A DNA stretch of 64,000 nucleotides from Polymyxa betae A26-41 (Eukaryota > Protista > Endomyxa: Phytomyxea), in assembly GCA_003693705.1 (NCBI GenBank), contig RBZT01000545.1, positions 1 to 64,000 on the forward strand, read 5' to 3'. The notes below the pieces were generated by a model. That model saw only the letters and a program-made list of their open reading frames with translations, searched no databases and was not told where the DNA came from. How positions within the stretch are numbered: the first letter of the stretch is position 1; each line of letters begins with the position of its first letter. Positions 40,944 through 53,073 of this stretch are shown here, piece by piece. The translations under genes and the position numbers were made by a program.

Positions 40944-43323
40944 TTAGCCGGATATTAAAGAGATTGTTTTATCCTGGATATAAATGAACATATTTGTTGA
41001 GCAGTCGGTCGCGTCGTCCAATCACTATTAATGCATCTCTCTGCGAGCATCTTCACATTCCGGGAACGGATTTCATTCAACTATTATCTAGTTATTAAAA
41101 TCGGCAATTCTCCGAATGCTACTTGCCAGCTCTATATTGCTCAACCAAAGTATTGAAACAGAAAATATCGAACGTTGAAAAGCGAATGTCATATCACTTC
41201 GACGTGAAGACGCTAACCTGAGCACAACGTCTTTGGGGATCTGGCTGCTGTCCAGTAAAAGTTTCAATGATCAAGACACCGAATGAGTAAATGTCAGAAG
41301 CAGGTCGGAAATTAGCTGCACCGTGATTCCCTGAAGTAACCTACAGATTTATCAGACACAAAGGGACAAATCAGGTAGCGAAGCTCACCTCCGGTGCAGA
41401 GTATATCGCAGCGCCCTACAAAGACATATCAGATCCGCATGAATTTGATGATGTGAAATAAACTGTCACTCGGGAGCATCGATCCAAATTTTGTTATATT
41501 AAAGACGAAGCGAGAGAAAAAATTCGGAAAACGTCTTAAGCAACCACTTCCGACTGAGAAAATGAATAAAATGAGGCCCTACCGGAGCATTCGTTTGTGT
41601 TTGGCCGACGAAGTGAGCGGAGCCGAAATCTGATAGCTTCACATTGTAAATCACACCTGCAGTCTTTTTTAGTTTAAAGCAATGTGTACGTTATACAAGT
41701 CGACCTGATTCAGCAACATCAAGAAGGACATTGGCAGATGACAGATCTCGATGCACGATGGGATTGGGATTGAGGTTGTGTAAGTAAAACAGAGCAGAAG
41801 CGACAGCACCCGCAACCATAAGGCCACTTGAAAGGGGCAGATGTGTCCCAGTACGAGACAGAACGGCACGTAATGAGGTGGACATTCGCTCCAGAATTAG
41901 TAACGGCCTGGCATTCAAGTTACTTCTTCAACAATTTCGGCTACTATCGGCATTTCCCGAATTGTCTTCTTATGTAGGAATGAAATGTGGCAAAAATCAG
42001 CAATAAGACTACGAAAACTGAAACATCTGCAAGCAAGAACAAGAACTTCCAAAGAGATTTTCAAGACTTCGCTGAATCAAAAATAATGAAGCTATTCTCA
42101 TCGCACACGTGATTATCATCAGTGCAGGCACCATAACACTTCAACAAATGTGGATGCGATAACAACGAATCTAGAAAAGCCACACTAAGCCAAATTTCAG
42201 GACTGAGGACTGCTAGCTCAGCATACAGAGATACATCTCTCGTTCGAACAATCTTCGATTATACTCCGACATGATAACACCATGAATAGCCTTCACAGCC
42301 ACAGGACAGGCCCTCCAGAATCCGCTACGAACCGATCCATCTGCAACATAGAAACCGTGTCATTGCCCAGAAAGACCTGAGGGGAAAACGGTCTGATCTG
42401 ACAAGCTCCAGTGCCGATGACTTCATCGGAGACAATCAGTTCGCGACGATCAACGATCCATCCGGGTCTGCAAAGATCCCGGAATTGCTGCAGATTCACG
42501 GATTCGATTGCAGTTGAAGGCTGCTGAGCTGTGTGGGCAAGCGCACGGTATCGATCTCGCTCGTCGGTGAGTTCTCGCTCCAGACCTGGTTGAATGTCAA
42601 TATTTCGAAAAAACTCCAAGCGATCTCTCTAAAGCTTACGAACAACGTTGGCGTGACTTGTTTGCAGCTCCCGCTCTATTTCTGCACCGAGTTATGATGA
42701 ATGCGTGAACATTGGTAGCGCTCAAAAGTCGAAGAAGTCAACGGAAAGAAATCCCAGAACAAGACACAAAACAAATGAAGAACCTTCAACCAGGAAAATA
42801 CTGTATAAACCGACCAGTGTTTCTGCTTACTGTCTCTTCAAGATTATTACGTAATTCTGAAAATTTCAATGAAAATTCCACGTATTGACTAAGGCATGGC
42901 GATTACGAGAAACGCTGTCTTGACTTCTGGACAGTTCTGATGACAACTCTGATAAGAAATCAGAAAATTGCAGATTCAGCTAATGGAGTTTCTACCATAC
43001 GTTCAACGCGTTCTCTTAAGGCTTGCTCCCGGTCCTGACTCTCTATGATTGGGTTAACCAAAACATATCCTAACGAAAGAGGGTAAAAATCGGATACGTT
43101 GTCGTAGCTGTTGGAGCTGTCGCTGAAAATCCTGCAATTCCAGCGCCAATTCGTTTCGTTGTGTCGTCAGATAATGGCATTGATTGCATTGATCGGGAGC
43201 CAGCCGAACACGTTCAAATAGAGCGGCAGCTGAAACCAATCCCGGGTCATCTTCGTTTTGTGATGGTGGTCTAGGCCTGATCCATACTGACGACAACGCC
43301 TGGCTCAAATCGCTATCGTCCAT
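40944..43323 (-). CDS. TKL-type Ser/Thr protein kinase with N-terminal coiled coil, multi-exon
   Basis: IGTGA|YGSV, VAVK, HPHLLKCYGA, IVHRDLSSANVLL, KLSDFG, YSAPE, SDIYSFG, RPTA. Confidence 0.85.
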
Positions 43324-44034
43324 CAACTATCATTTATAGACTGACGATTAACGACTCCAGACAATGAAAAGGGCGCACAAATATTCCAGGCACCGATTAT
43401 GAACTCAAATACAGTTTATTCGTTGAATGCAATCTCATCAGCGATACAATTTATGCTGGTAGCAATGTCAGTTCGGAACTGGCGCTCTTGGCATCCTAAT
43501 GTGACCTCTACGCGAAACCCAATTTGCATGGACAAAATCGCCGAGCATTGTAAATACATTTGATGATACGTTGTTTGATAAACAGCAAACTCCTTATTTA
43601 CCTCTTAGTTGATGGTAAACAACCCATTTAGACAATCAAGCACTTTGCAAGGACAGCCAGAACCCTGTTTGACGTACAGAAGTAAAATGAAGCCTGAGCA
43701 ACAGAAAATTCATTTGAGCCTATCAACAAACAAACAGGTTTGGAACATCTATCAAGCGCATCAATGAAATCTGACGAGTAAAGGTGACGTATTTGTTTTA
43801 CAGGTTACTTCCAATTGAAAGTGTCGTCTTGATCTGAGTGCAAATTGTCCCAAAAGCTCATCATTGCTACCAAGCATAATGGAAACAGACGCACGAGATT
43901 ACCAGCTGCATCACGCCATCGTCTGAATCTTCTATGCTCGATGCCTGTAATGCTATAATCAGCAGTGGACAGCTGTAACAATTCATGAATATTTGGATAT
44001 CTTCGACTGACGAAGGCGTACAGATAGATACTTT

Positions 44035-44642
44035 GTGGCAGTGAGTCATGTGCCGGCGGCATCAGCGATTTCCGGGCGCCAGAATTTGGTCACAATTCGA
44101 AACGCATCAGTCCTGGAAACTCCTCAATTCATTCACCATCCGATGCTTGTCAGAGGCCCAGATCTGATGTCGTCGCCCTCATATTCCATGTACATTTTCA
44201 CGCCCACTCCAGACAATCTTAATGGTATTGTTCCTTGGCAGCCATCTCCAGGTACCGGATTTCGTTTATGGAATGAATTGGTTTTCTCAACAGTTCATGA
44301 TTTACAATGTTTCTATAAGAATTTTCTCATTGAATTTTAGGTTCTTCTGAGCGATTACCGAGGCCTGTTTTGCAGAGGTCGTCGCATGACGACCGAATAT
44401 ACGTCTTGTACGTGGAGCGCAAGGATGAAGAACGCCCACCCATCCTGAGCGTCGAGCTGCAAGCGCGCCTGAACGTGTTGAGGTTGGTAGCGAATCGCTT
44501 ACCGATCGAGGCACGTGGGAAGGTTCAGTTCGAGATCGATGGCGAACCAAGACAGGCCTTGATCGTTGTAGCTAACAGCATCACAAATGTAGATCTGCCA
44601 TATCCGTTACCATCTGATCAGGATCTCATTGCTGTTTTCTAA
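44035..44642 (+). pseudogene. Coding-like exons of unknown family; upstream frames are interrupted by stops
   Basis: Two ORF pieces can be joined by an intron at ~44252-44340. No intact upstream start exon could be built. Confidence 0.3.
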
Positions 44643-45414
44643 TCTCTACAAATTTTTATTGGATACTCTTGAATAATACAATGACTTTACTCTCTCATAG
44701 TTCTGTCTACAAAAATGCCCTACTTTTCTGATTAGCGACAGTTTAGATTCTGAATTTTATGAAATTTCTTGTTTTTATCCAGTTATCTTAAGAAAGAAAT
44801 GAATCAGTTAATGTCTCCATATAAACGCAAATTGTCGTGCCAAATAAAGGGTTGTATATATAAAATATATGTTGTATAATAAGGAAGAATGTTACTTTTC
44901 GACCGAAAAGGATAGAATTGAGCTTTGCAGGGTATTGGATTGGATTCGCCAAGATCGTGGAAACAACGGGCGGTGCTGTATCCATAGCACAACGTCTGAG
45001 GTACGTCGGCTTATCACCTTCCAAGCCTTCAAGAGCTCATACTCCGTTTTCAGAGCTGGCAGTATTTCACCCAACTTTGCAGGGTACTATTTCATCGAAT
45101 TGCAGAGGACACAAATCATTCTGAGATATTTCAAATTAGCAAGATGATTCATGAACGTCGGAAGAAAGATGCATTGAGTCAACGGCATCAACAAGCATGA
45201 CACCGACCAAATCATCGGCCCGAATCTGCTCTCATAATCATTTCGGTTTCGAACCTATTGTATCTTTCTTATCGGCTTCGTCGTCGCATATCTCCTCTAA
45301 TAGACGACGTAGTTTCAGTAATACTGGACCAGCTTGCATATTTGACGACTTAATCCGTACAGCACAGCTGCACGCGTATCCCTTCCTCAACAAAAAGTTC
45401 AAGAACAATACCGA

Positions 45415-46248
45415 ATGCAACTTCAGCGCATCTATGCGCGTGATATGATCAACGAATACAGCGTTTCAGAGGACAACGACGTCAACAAGCTGCCTGTCAT
45501 ACAGGCCAGGCAAATCAAGTACGGCAGCGTCGAAGAACTCGATTTGGCGTTGAGATCTTACCAGCTACCAAGCGCAGCCAGGAGATTGTGGAACCAGATA
45601 CAATTGTCTGCCGACCGCCAGGATGAGTTCATGCTGGGATATCATTTCGATGTCGGAATTCGTATTGGTGACGAATTGGGCATGTCCCCTGATACAAATC
45701 AGGCAATATTCTGGTACCGTCGTGCCGCTGAAAAAGGTCATATCATTGCCCAGCTAAACCTTGGTGTTCTGTTCGAGACAGGGCATCAAGGCGCCCGAGA
45801 ACGCGATTATGCATCGGCTGTCGATTGGTACCATCGTGCTGCCTTGAACGCTCACCAAGGGGCTCAATTCAATCTGGGACGACTGTTCTGGTCGGGGAAG
45901 GGAGTGCCACAGAATCTGCAGACCGCGTTCGGGTTCTTCAAAAAAGCAGCGAAGAAGGGTAACCACATGGCCATGACGAATATCGGGGCCATGTACATGT
46001 CTGGAAACGGCGTTCAGCAGAACGCCGTCGAAGCCAGGCGATGGTCGCAGCTAGCAGCCATGAAGAACAATGCAGTAGCACATCATAACCTGGGCGTTAT
46101 GTTCGAGAATGGGATGGGAGGGCGTGCTGACCCCGAACTTGGCGCTCTGCATTTTAGACAGGCCCTGGATCCGACCATGGAGCATCCGGTGTCGGAAATG
46201 CTATCGAGAGATCTGCGACAGTCGCGAGATCCTCTAATCTTCACATGA
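45415..46248 (+). CDS. Sel1-like repeat protein (~5 repeats); 5' exon uncertain
   Basis: WYRRAAEKGHIIAQLNLG, AQFNLGRLFWSGKGVPQN, AMTNIGAMYMSGNGV, AHHNLGVMFENGMG. Confidence 0.85.
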   Translation: MQLQRIYARDMINEYSVSEDNDVNKLPVIQARQIKYGSVEELDLALRSYQLPSAARRLWNQIQLSADRQDEFMLGYHFDVGIRIGDELGMSPDTNQAIFWYRRAAEKGHIIAQLNLGVLFETGHQGARERDYASAVDWYHRAALNAHQGAQFNLGRLFWSGKGVPQNLQTAFGFFKKAAKKGNHMAMTNIGAMYMSGNGVQQNAVEARRWSQLAAMKNNAVAHHNLGVMFENGMGGRADPELGALHFRQALDPTMEHPVSEMLSRDLRQSRDPLIFT

Positions 46249-46365
46249 TTGTATATGTCGACAATATTCTGACAGCAACCATAAACGGCTTGCAAATATT
46301 TCATAGCAGTAGCATAAAAACAATCGTATTTCATGTTTTTAGCTTGTTGTCCTTATAATTTAGCG

Positions 46366-47147
46366 TCAGGAGTTGAAAGTGAAAACGACATCAGTAACAC
46401 TACAACAGACGTCAGCAAGACAGCTGCAGTGGTCGTATTCAGCTTACTCCATCAGCTGTTTGGCAAACTGGAGGAGATTGTTTTCAACGCCTGAGATTTC
46501 CCCATCGACAGTTGAGACAATTGTTGAAAGCTCAACCATCCATAGGTCATCGGTTCTTATGTCATCGGTGATATGATCATCGATTTTGATCTATATAATC
46601 GTTATAATAGTTTCAGAAAGATATGCAAAGATAACCTTGGAAACTTGCACAACTTGCACAGTTTGAGAATCTTTGAGATAATAGATAGTGCCGTGTAAGG
46701 CAACACTGAAAGTTAGACGAAAATCGGTAGCAGTGAGAAGCGCCTGGCAGTCAAAGGATACAGGTGTCTCAGATATCGACCTAACAGTTGCTTGATGGCG
46801 AGTGGGATCGATTGGATGCCCAAGAATCCTCAGAGTGCATAACTCGTTTCTGGAAGACGCCTTCAACGGACGACGTAATCTGCATTCCGACAGCTTTCGA
46901 GATCGACCTAAGAACATACAGTTAGCAATAACCAGAGCGTGGTTCCATAAAAAAAGGTCACATTTTTTATTCAAAAATGAAAATGAAATTGTAACAGCGT
47001 TTGGAGATTACCTCTATCGATATTGTCAAAGGTAGACTCCATAATAGCAAGAGGTTTGAATGCTATGGCCATGCAGCGCAGCGTCGAATGAAACCGTTCG
47101 ATGCTGGCCGTTGGCACAGCTCCATAGACGACGATCAATAACGACAT
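46366..47147 (-). CDS. MED18: Mediator subunit Med18-like, multi-exon
   Basis: Spliced: MSLLIVVYGAV...CRLRRPL...TLRILGHP...ATVRSISE...LLTATDFRLTFSVALHG...WMVELS...LLQFAKQL. This follows the Med18 motif order. Confidence 0.65.
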
Positions 47148-47230
47148 TGGACTGACTAATCAATTTCCTACAACAACAACAATGCGCTAACTATGCGCCA
47201 TTCGTGATGGTTCCTTCCTTTTGTTTACAC

Positions 47231-47302
47231 AGGATTGTATGAGCTGTCTCTTCTCACTAGCAGTTAAGGATTGTATGAGCTGTCTCTCCCTAGCAGTTAA
47301 GG
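47231..47302. repeat. Imperfect tandem duplication (36 + 33 bp units)
   Basis: aggattgtatgagctgtctct(tctca/cc)ctagcagtta occurs twice, just upstream of the Med18 start. Confidence 0.9.
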
Positions 47303-47624
47303 CTTAATCAACAACAAGCATGAGTCTGGTGACTCGCTCTGATCAGACCATCACTTGAACTGGGCCTTCTGTACGCTCAGCGAATTGTAAGCTCATATAC
47401 GAGATCATACTTGAATATTAAAAGGATCTTATCTGTTGCTGCTAAATGCAAGTTGAATATGACATTAGCCATTCCCTCTGCATTTTTCAATGGATGGTAA
47501 TTGTTATTCTTTCAGGCAAATATTGACCGACTGTAAATTGGCTTAGCAAACTCTTGCTATCTGGCACTAACACCTGTTTTATTTTACTCGCTGCAGTCAC
47601 AGTTTACAAAAGTGAAACCGGCCG

Positions 47625-48674
47625 ATGTGGTCGCCGACCCCAGCTGTCCGGCGTCGTTCTGGAAATCCTATCAGTTTGCTTATCATTATTATTTTCGTGC
47701 TAAGCCAGCTGGCTATCATTGTGTTTATCTTGCAGCATTCCGGAACCAATCCGCGATGTGGTGAGCCGATTACTGATCGAACTCTTTCGTTAACAAAATG
47801 CTTTACTAGAGGCATCCAGGGCCCTTACAACCCGAATGCTGTCGCTACGATAATCTTGGCAATGAAAGGGTTGTCTAAGCACACTTATAACTCAGGCGGA
47901 TTACGCCATCTGAAATATATCATGCACTCAAGATCGCTGATTGTCAACGAGATCAATTTCGTTGTCATGACTGCCAATTGCCCAATGGCTCAGCTAGCTC
48001 GAGATCTGGGATTCGCTACAATTCATCCAGAAAGCGGGTCTTCTGCAGGAGATCTCACCTACAATCACGCTTTTGAATTGGTTACCAAATACTCTAAGAC
48101 CCCAATCGTAGGCTTTGCTAATAGCGATATCATTTTTTTGGACAATTTCGCTGTTGCGCTTCGTGCAGTTCTAGCTGATCCAAGACATAAACAATGGAAG
48201 AAATTTTTCTTAACTGGTGTGCGGAAGAACGTTGATGTTCCCGATGACATTATGCCTATGGACCGCCCTATTGACAGCAAGATTTGGAAGAACTTCACAA
48301 CATTTATCTCCTCACACGGGACGATGTTTCAAGATATAACAGCTGATTACTTTCTATGGAGTCGGCAAGGTGATTGGGATTGGCGCTCTTTGCCGCCTTT
48401 TCTGATTGGCGGTATCGGATTTGACAATTGGATTGTCGGCTGGGCCAGCGGTACTGGTGGTATTGAAACCATCAACATCACTCCGCTTGTCGATGCCATT
48501 CACGTCAACCATGGTTCCGGTGGCTTGAAACTATATGGCAGTCATTTTTCGCCAGCTTCGCATCTCAATGAGGAAGTGTTTAAGAAATTCGGAATGGTCG
48601 GATCCTGTGATGTAAAAGATCTGGATTGGGCTGTAAAATCAGAAAACGGAAAGCCTTTCTTGAAACATCAATAA
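47625..48674 (+). CDS. Intronless type II membrane glycosyltransferase-like protein (GT-A-like)
   Basis: Signal anchor LLIIIIFVLSQLAIIVFIL, DxD-like FANSDII, and DYFLW, FDNW, IHVNH motifs. Confidence 0.6.
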   Translation: MWSPTPAVRRRSGNPISLLIIIIFVLSQLAIIVFILQHSGTNPRCGEPITDRTLSLTKCFTRGIQGPYNPNAVATIILAMKGLSKHTYNSGGLRHLKYIMHSRSLIVNEINFVVMTANCPMAQLARDLGFATIHPESGSSAGDLTYNHAFELVTKYSKTPIVGFANSDIIFLDNFAVALRAVLADPRHKQWKKFFLTGVRKNVDVPDDIMPMDRPIDSKIWKNFTTFISSHGTMFQDITADYFLWSRQGDWDWRSLPPFLIGGIGFDNWIVGWASGTGGIETINITPLVDAIHVNHGSGGLKLYGSHFSPASHLNEEVFKKFGMVGSCDVKDLDWAVKSENGKPFLKHQ

Positions 48675-49065
48675 TGCTTTTTTCGACCAACGTCTATTTA
48701 TTCGATCTTTATTAATATACCACTGATTAAAATGCACGTATTTTGAAGGTTGTTACAATAAGCAGCTAATTCTGGGAAGCAGTCATAGTTATACGAAAAC
48801 CTATGCAAGACTACAACTTCTCGCACCATTTTCATCAGAGCCAATCGGAATGTGTCGTTAGTGAATCATCAGTTATCGGAAGCAATAACGAAGGAATCTG
48901 CATGACACAACAAGAGTGAATTTGTCGCCGGCAAAAATCAAATGATAAATCGTCTTTGCTGCTCTGCATAATCAACAGCAACTTCAGTACTGTTATCGTT
49001 AAGTGGCGCGCAGCCCTGACTGCTTGTTCAGGATTCGTCAAACTTTGTGACTTTTTGCATACGTC

Positions 49066-49782
49066 ATGAAGCCATCGATTGTCACATTTGCCATGCGGTT
49101 GGCCATTACCGCCGTTGTTATTGCGATCGGGCTGCAGTACATGCAATCGACTGCGATTAGAATGACAATGGCGTTGGGATTCCCAATCTTCTATGCCTTA
49201 TTTTCACTGCAATGGCCCAGCCAGAAATGTATTTCGGTGCTGTATGGCCAAGTTGACGTTCAATGGAGACGGTTACCTAGTGGGACTATTCGCTCTACAA
49301 GAAGTGTTGTGAACTTTATTGCGATGTCGTTGAGCACGTTCCGTGACGATCGTGATGGGTGCGATGTACGCGATGTCAGCGACGACGATACTGAAAAAGA
49401 TATCTCGATCCTGCTGAGGCTTGAGGATTCCGGAAAGATAGCAGGGGTTAGTCTCATATCTTGGGATATGTCCCTGCTGTCATTTGAGGCACTTCTTACT
49501 GAATCGATTCGGAAGAGCTGCAAGCCTGTCGAGTAAGCCCGCCTTTATCAATTTTGTCTCGAGATTAAATGCCAGGGCAGGCTCGTTGCTCGACTTATCA
49601 ACGGCCGTGTTGTTTATCTGGTTGCGACATTTGGTCCACTAAATCAGGACCAGCAACGGGCGCTGTTGACGATGTGCCAAATACTGAACGGAGCCCCTAG
49701 TACGAAACAGTTAAGGCCCTTCAAATGCCGAAATTTCATCCAACGAAGCCGTAAAGAGCCGAAAATGCAACAGATTCTCTGA
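49066..49782 (+). CDS. Hypothetical protein with two N-terminal TM segments; probable second exon
   Basis: 156-aa ORF with two hydrophobic stretches; a GTAAG donor at ~49533 can be joined to an exon reading LVARLINGRVVYLV... Confidence 0.45.
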
Positions 49783-50343
49783 CCACCTATCATCTGTCTC
49801 TCTGTTGCTGTCGCATTGGAATAGCCAATGGGCTAGGATTCTTCTTGGCGCTTTGCTCTTTCACGGAATGGCTCTTAACGCCCTGCATAAGCCTAATTTA
49901 TAATGGCGGTCATAATTCGTGACAGTCGCTTTGGATTCTGTTTATTTTGCATGCTGCTAACGATAAGCTGTTCACACTGTGATCCAAACTGTCATTTTCG
50001 CTGACAGTTAGATTGCAGCGAATTGTCTTATTGCTGTCACATTAATACATGTCTTCAAGTGATTGCGTTGGAATGAGGAGCAGATGCATCATTACAAAAC
50101 CGATTCGCTCATCGTCACCAGCAAACATATGTATAATCTATTTATTCCATTTGCGACTTTTAAAGAAGCCTGAAGCCGAGACTGGTTAAAATAGAGGCCG
50201 CACCGCGCAAGTTGTTGACGTTACCCTTCTGTTGGTTCATGATGGGTTTTGACGGAAAGCGGTGCCCCCTTATCACGGTCTAGGTCATGCGGTTCATTCA
50301 TACCAGTTTCCGTCGTCTTTCCCCGTTGTTTTGTATATAGCAG

Positions 50344-52125
50344 ATGGGCGGCATATTTCTTGCGCTTTTAATCCTGTCAAATGCGCTGGTTGCTGCTGCC
50401 GATGCGGATCGTTTGAGAGTCGGGACATGTCGACAATATCCTGGATCGGTTCCGACATCAGCAGTGCAGCAAATTAGTAATATCTAATTTATCTTTTTGA
50501 ACTATGTCTATTATGCCGCTTTACAACTAGGTTTTCTCGTGGCTGTAGCTTGTATCAGCAGTAGATTGTAAACTCGAACTCTGTTTTCTTTTGCCGAATT
50601 TTTGCTTAGCAACTACCACACTTTCCAAAATCAAAATTTTTCACTTAAGATCTATTTATTATTAGGCAGCCTGAAGTCGCAGCAGTCCGATTCAGCTCAA
50701 TCTCCGGCCCACGCTGCCAATACCTACAATTGTCCTGTTCAAATTGTGATTAATCCTGAACCATCTAAGACCGACGAAGATACTGGGCAACAGTGCACAT
50801 TTGAGACGGTTTTGAACTCCCCAGGACAACAACCCCTTCAATTCGAAATCGATAGCTCTCGACCTGCGACGTTAGCGAAATGCGAGATCACCGCTTCGGT
50901 GCCAAGATCTGCTCTGTTGAGTCATGCTCCTTCTCTTGATACCATAACTCTCTCGATTTCGCTTCAGTTGCTCATTACCAACAAAGATGTCGAACGTACA
51001 GCTGCTACAACATCTGCACCTGTAAAGGAGGACGGATCGACATCTCCGCCGTCGACTTCTGGTTTAACAGATGAAGATCTAAGTGACGATGATCTACTGA
51101 GTAACTCTGTACCTAATTCCGGTCCTCTCTCAGAAACAGTTTCCTCTGTACCTAATTCCGGTCCTCTCTCAGAAACAGTTTCCGAACCGAGGCCTTCTGT
51201 GAGCGAAGCCTCAGCAAGCCATGCGACCAAATCCGATAATTTTTTCAGCCGGACGGCGGCACGGATCTTGCGTCGGCGACAGAAACGTGAAATGGAACAG
51301 AAGCAACAGCAAATCGAATTCGAGAACTTGCAGGAAAAAGAACGCATGCGAAGACAGCGTTTCTATCGCCGAGCTATTTTGGATCAAGGGACGACTGTCG
51401 TGCCTCAAGCAAATGCGAGTCAATGTTCTTCTCCCAAAACACCCGGTCATCCTCCTAAACCGGGTAAACGGTCATCTGAAAGTCCCGTTTCGCCACTTCG
51501 GAATTTGCTTCCCGCCAGTTGCTTTTCTAAGGAGCCCAAACAAGCTGTGTCTGGCAGCGATTCTAAACATGCCAAGAAGACTGCTGCTGGCAATGGGCAA
51601 TCTGGTGCTGCCACTGAACATCATTCAGAGTTGGATAGGACACATCAGAAATCTCGCCCTGGGATATTTAAGCGACAACGAAGTCGAATGATGGACGCTC
51701 TGCGGGACGTTTTCGGCGGCAGCAGCCCAACTCAGCAACCTCGGGCTGTTTGGCACCAACCGGGACCTGCCTCCAGGCGCGATCTACTAAAGCGGATTGC
51801 AGACGTAGCTGACTCAGATGACGAGGACGATATCGCTGATAGCGATGAGTGTGAAGGCGAAGTGAGGCGGCGGATTTGGGCTTTATACTCGGATCCCGCC
51901 CAGATGAACATCGCTGCAGGTACGATATGGGTTGCTTTTAGTGGTTTTTACTAAAGCGATTTCATTTGGGGATTCTTAATACTTTATAGTTAATTGGGTT
52001 TAGGTGGATCAACAGCTGCTTCCGAATTTGACCCTGAAGAGCTGAGTCAAATTGACCAATTGCTGGCTCGTAGTCGGCCGAGTATGGATCCTGGTTGGTT
52101 ACGTTATCAAGATAATACAGTTTAA
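50344..52125 (+). CDS. Secreted hypothetical protein (effector-like), multi-exon
   Basis: Signal peptide MGGIFLALLILSNALVAAA, Cys-containing beta-rich N-domain, S/P-rich repeats, basic RRRQKR plus coiled coil, acidic patch; last exon ends ...YQDNTV*. Confidence 0.65.
51106..51183 (+). repeat. Perfect in-frame 39-bp tandem duplication (SVPNSGPLSETVS x2)
   Basis: tctgtacctaattccggtcctctctcagaaacagtttcc occurs twice. Confidence 0.95.
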
Positions 52126-53073
52126 ATTGCCAGGCAAATTAGTTTGTATACATGTTTGAACGGATCTTGCCTTTTGTGATGCCGAACACAAGAACGTCTT
52201 ATCATAAATGGAAGGGTCCAATAAATTTAGTCCAATGGAATTTCCTGATCGACATTATCGATCCGTTCTGTAATAATTTCAGATTGAAGTAGGAACAGCA
52301 AGGTTAAGGTCGGTCGGTGTTAGGCAGCTGTTTTTCATATCATCGCATGTCAAACTGCAGATTCTATCAGCAACGATATTGGTCCCGAAACCAATCCTCG
52401 AGTCTGTGCGACCTGCGAGTTTCTCAACAAGAACCGATAAGCCAAACAGCTTATTTGATTACAACCTGCGGCGACAATGTCACTATTATTTCGCTTCATG
52501 TAACTTCGTATTTGATATTCAGCTAATGGATGGAGCTCATTTGGATCTGCACGCAATCTCTACATATCCTCTGCGATCATGTCATGTCTTTGATAACAAT
52601 GCTTCACTATTCTGACCCTAAACTCTAACCCTAATCCAGATCACGTGAATCCAGATCAAATGCGGAATGTGGTTGTATCCTTATCTACTATTGTTGAATT
52701 TATATCTGAGGCAGCCTGTTACCAGTCCATGAAACTTGTATTCTATCAGCAGCTCCGACGCCAGCTATGAATGGGTATGCTCTCCATCTCTCATTCAACT
52801 CAGGTTGTATATTCAAGACCATAGCGAAATTACGGGTCAACATTGGCTAGCAATGCCAAGATTTGGTCCACAAGAAGCTGTTTATGACAATAATGGATCT
52901 GCAATACCATCAGGAACAGAAACTGTTATACATATTCAATGGATTCCTTCATTATCAAATGATTATACCAAGACTGATCAAGATATAGCTCCTGGAACAT
53001 TTATCAGACAGATTGCAACAAGTTGTTAGCGAATGGGAAGCTTTAGCTGCCAAGAAGAAGCTTAGGTCACAGA

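Noticed and set aside
43990-44030. In-frame TGA as selenocysteine or readthrough
   Set aside because: The same frame also has TAA upstream, and no SECIS or redox motif was seen.
46591-46974. NTF2/NXT1-like call based on SFDCQ
   Set aside because: The full spliced sequence fits the Med18 motif order better.
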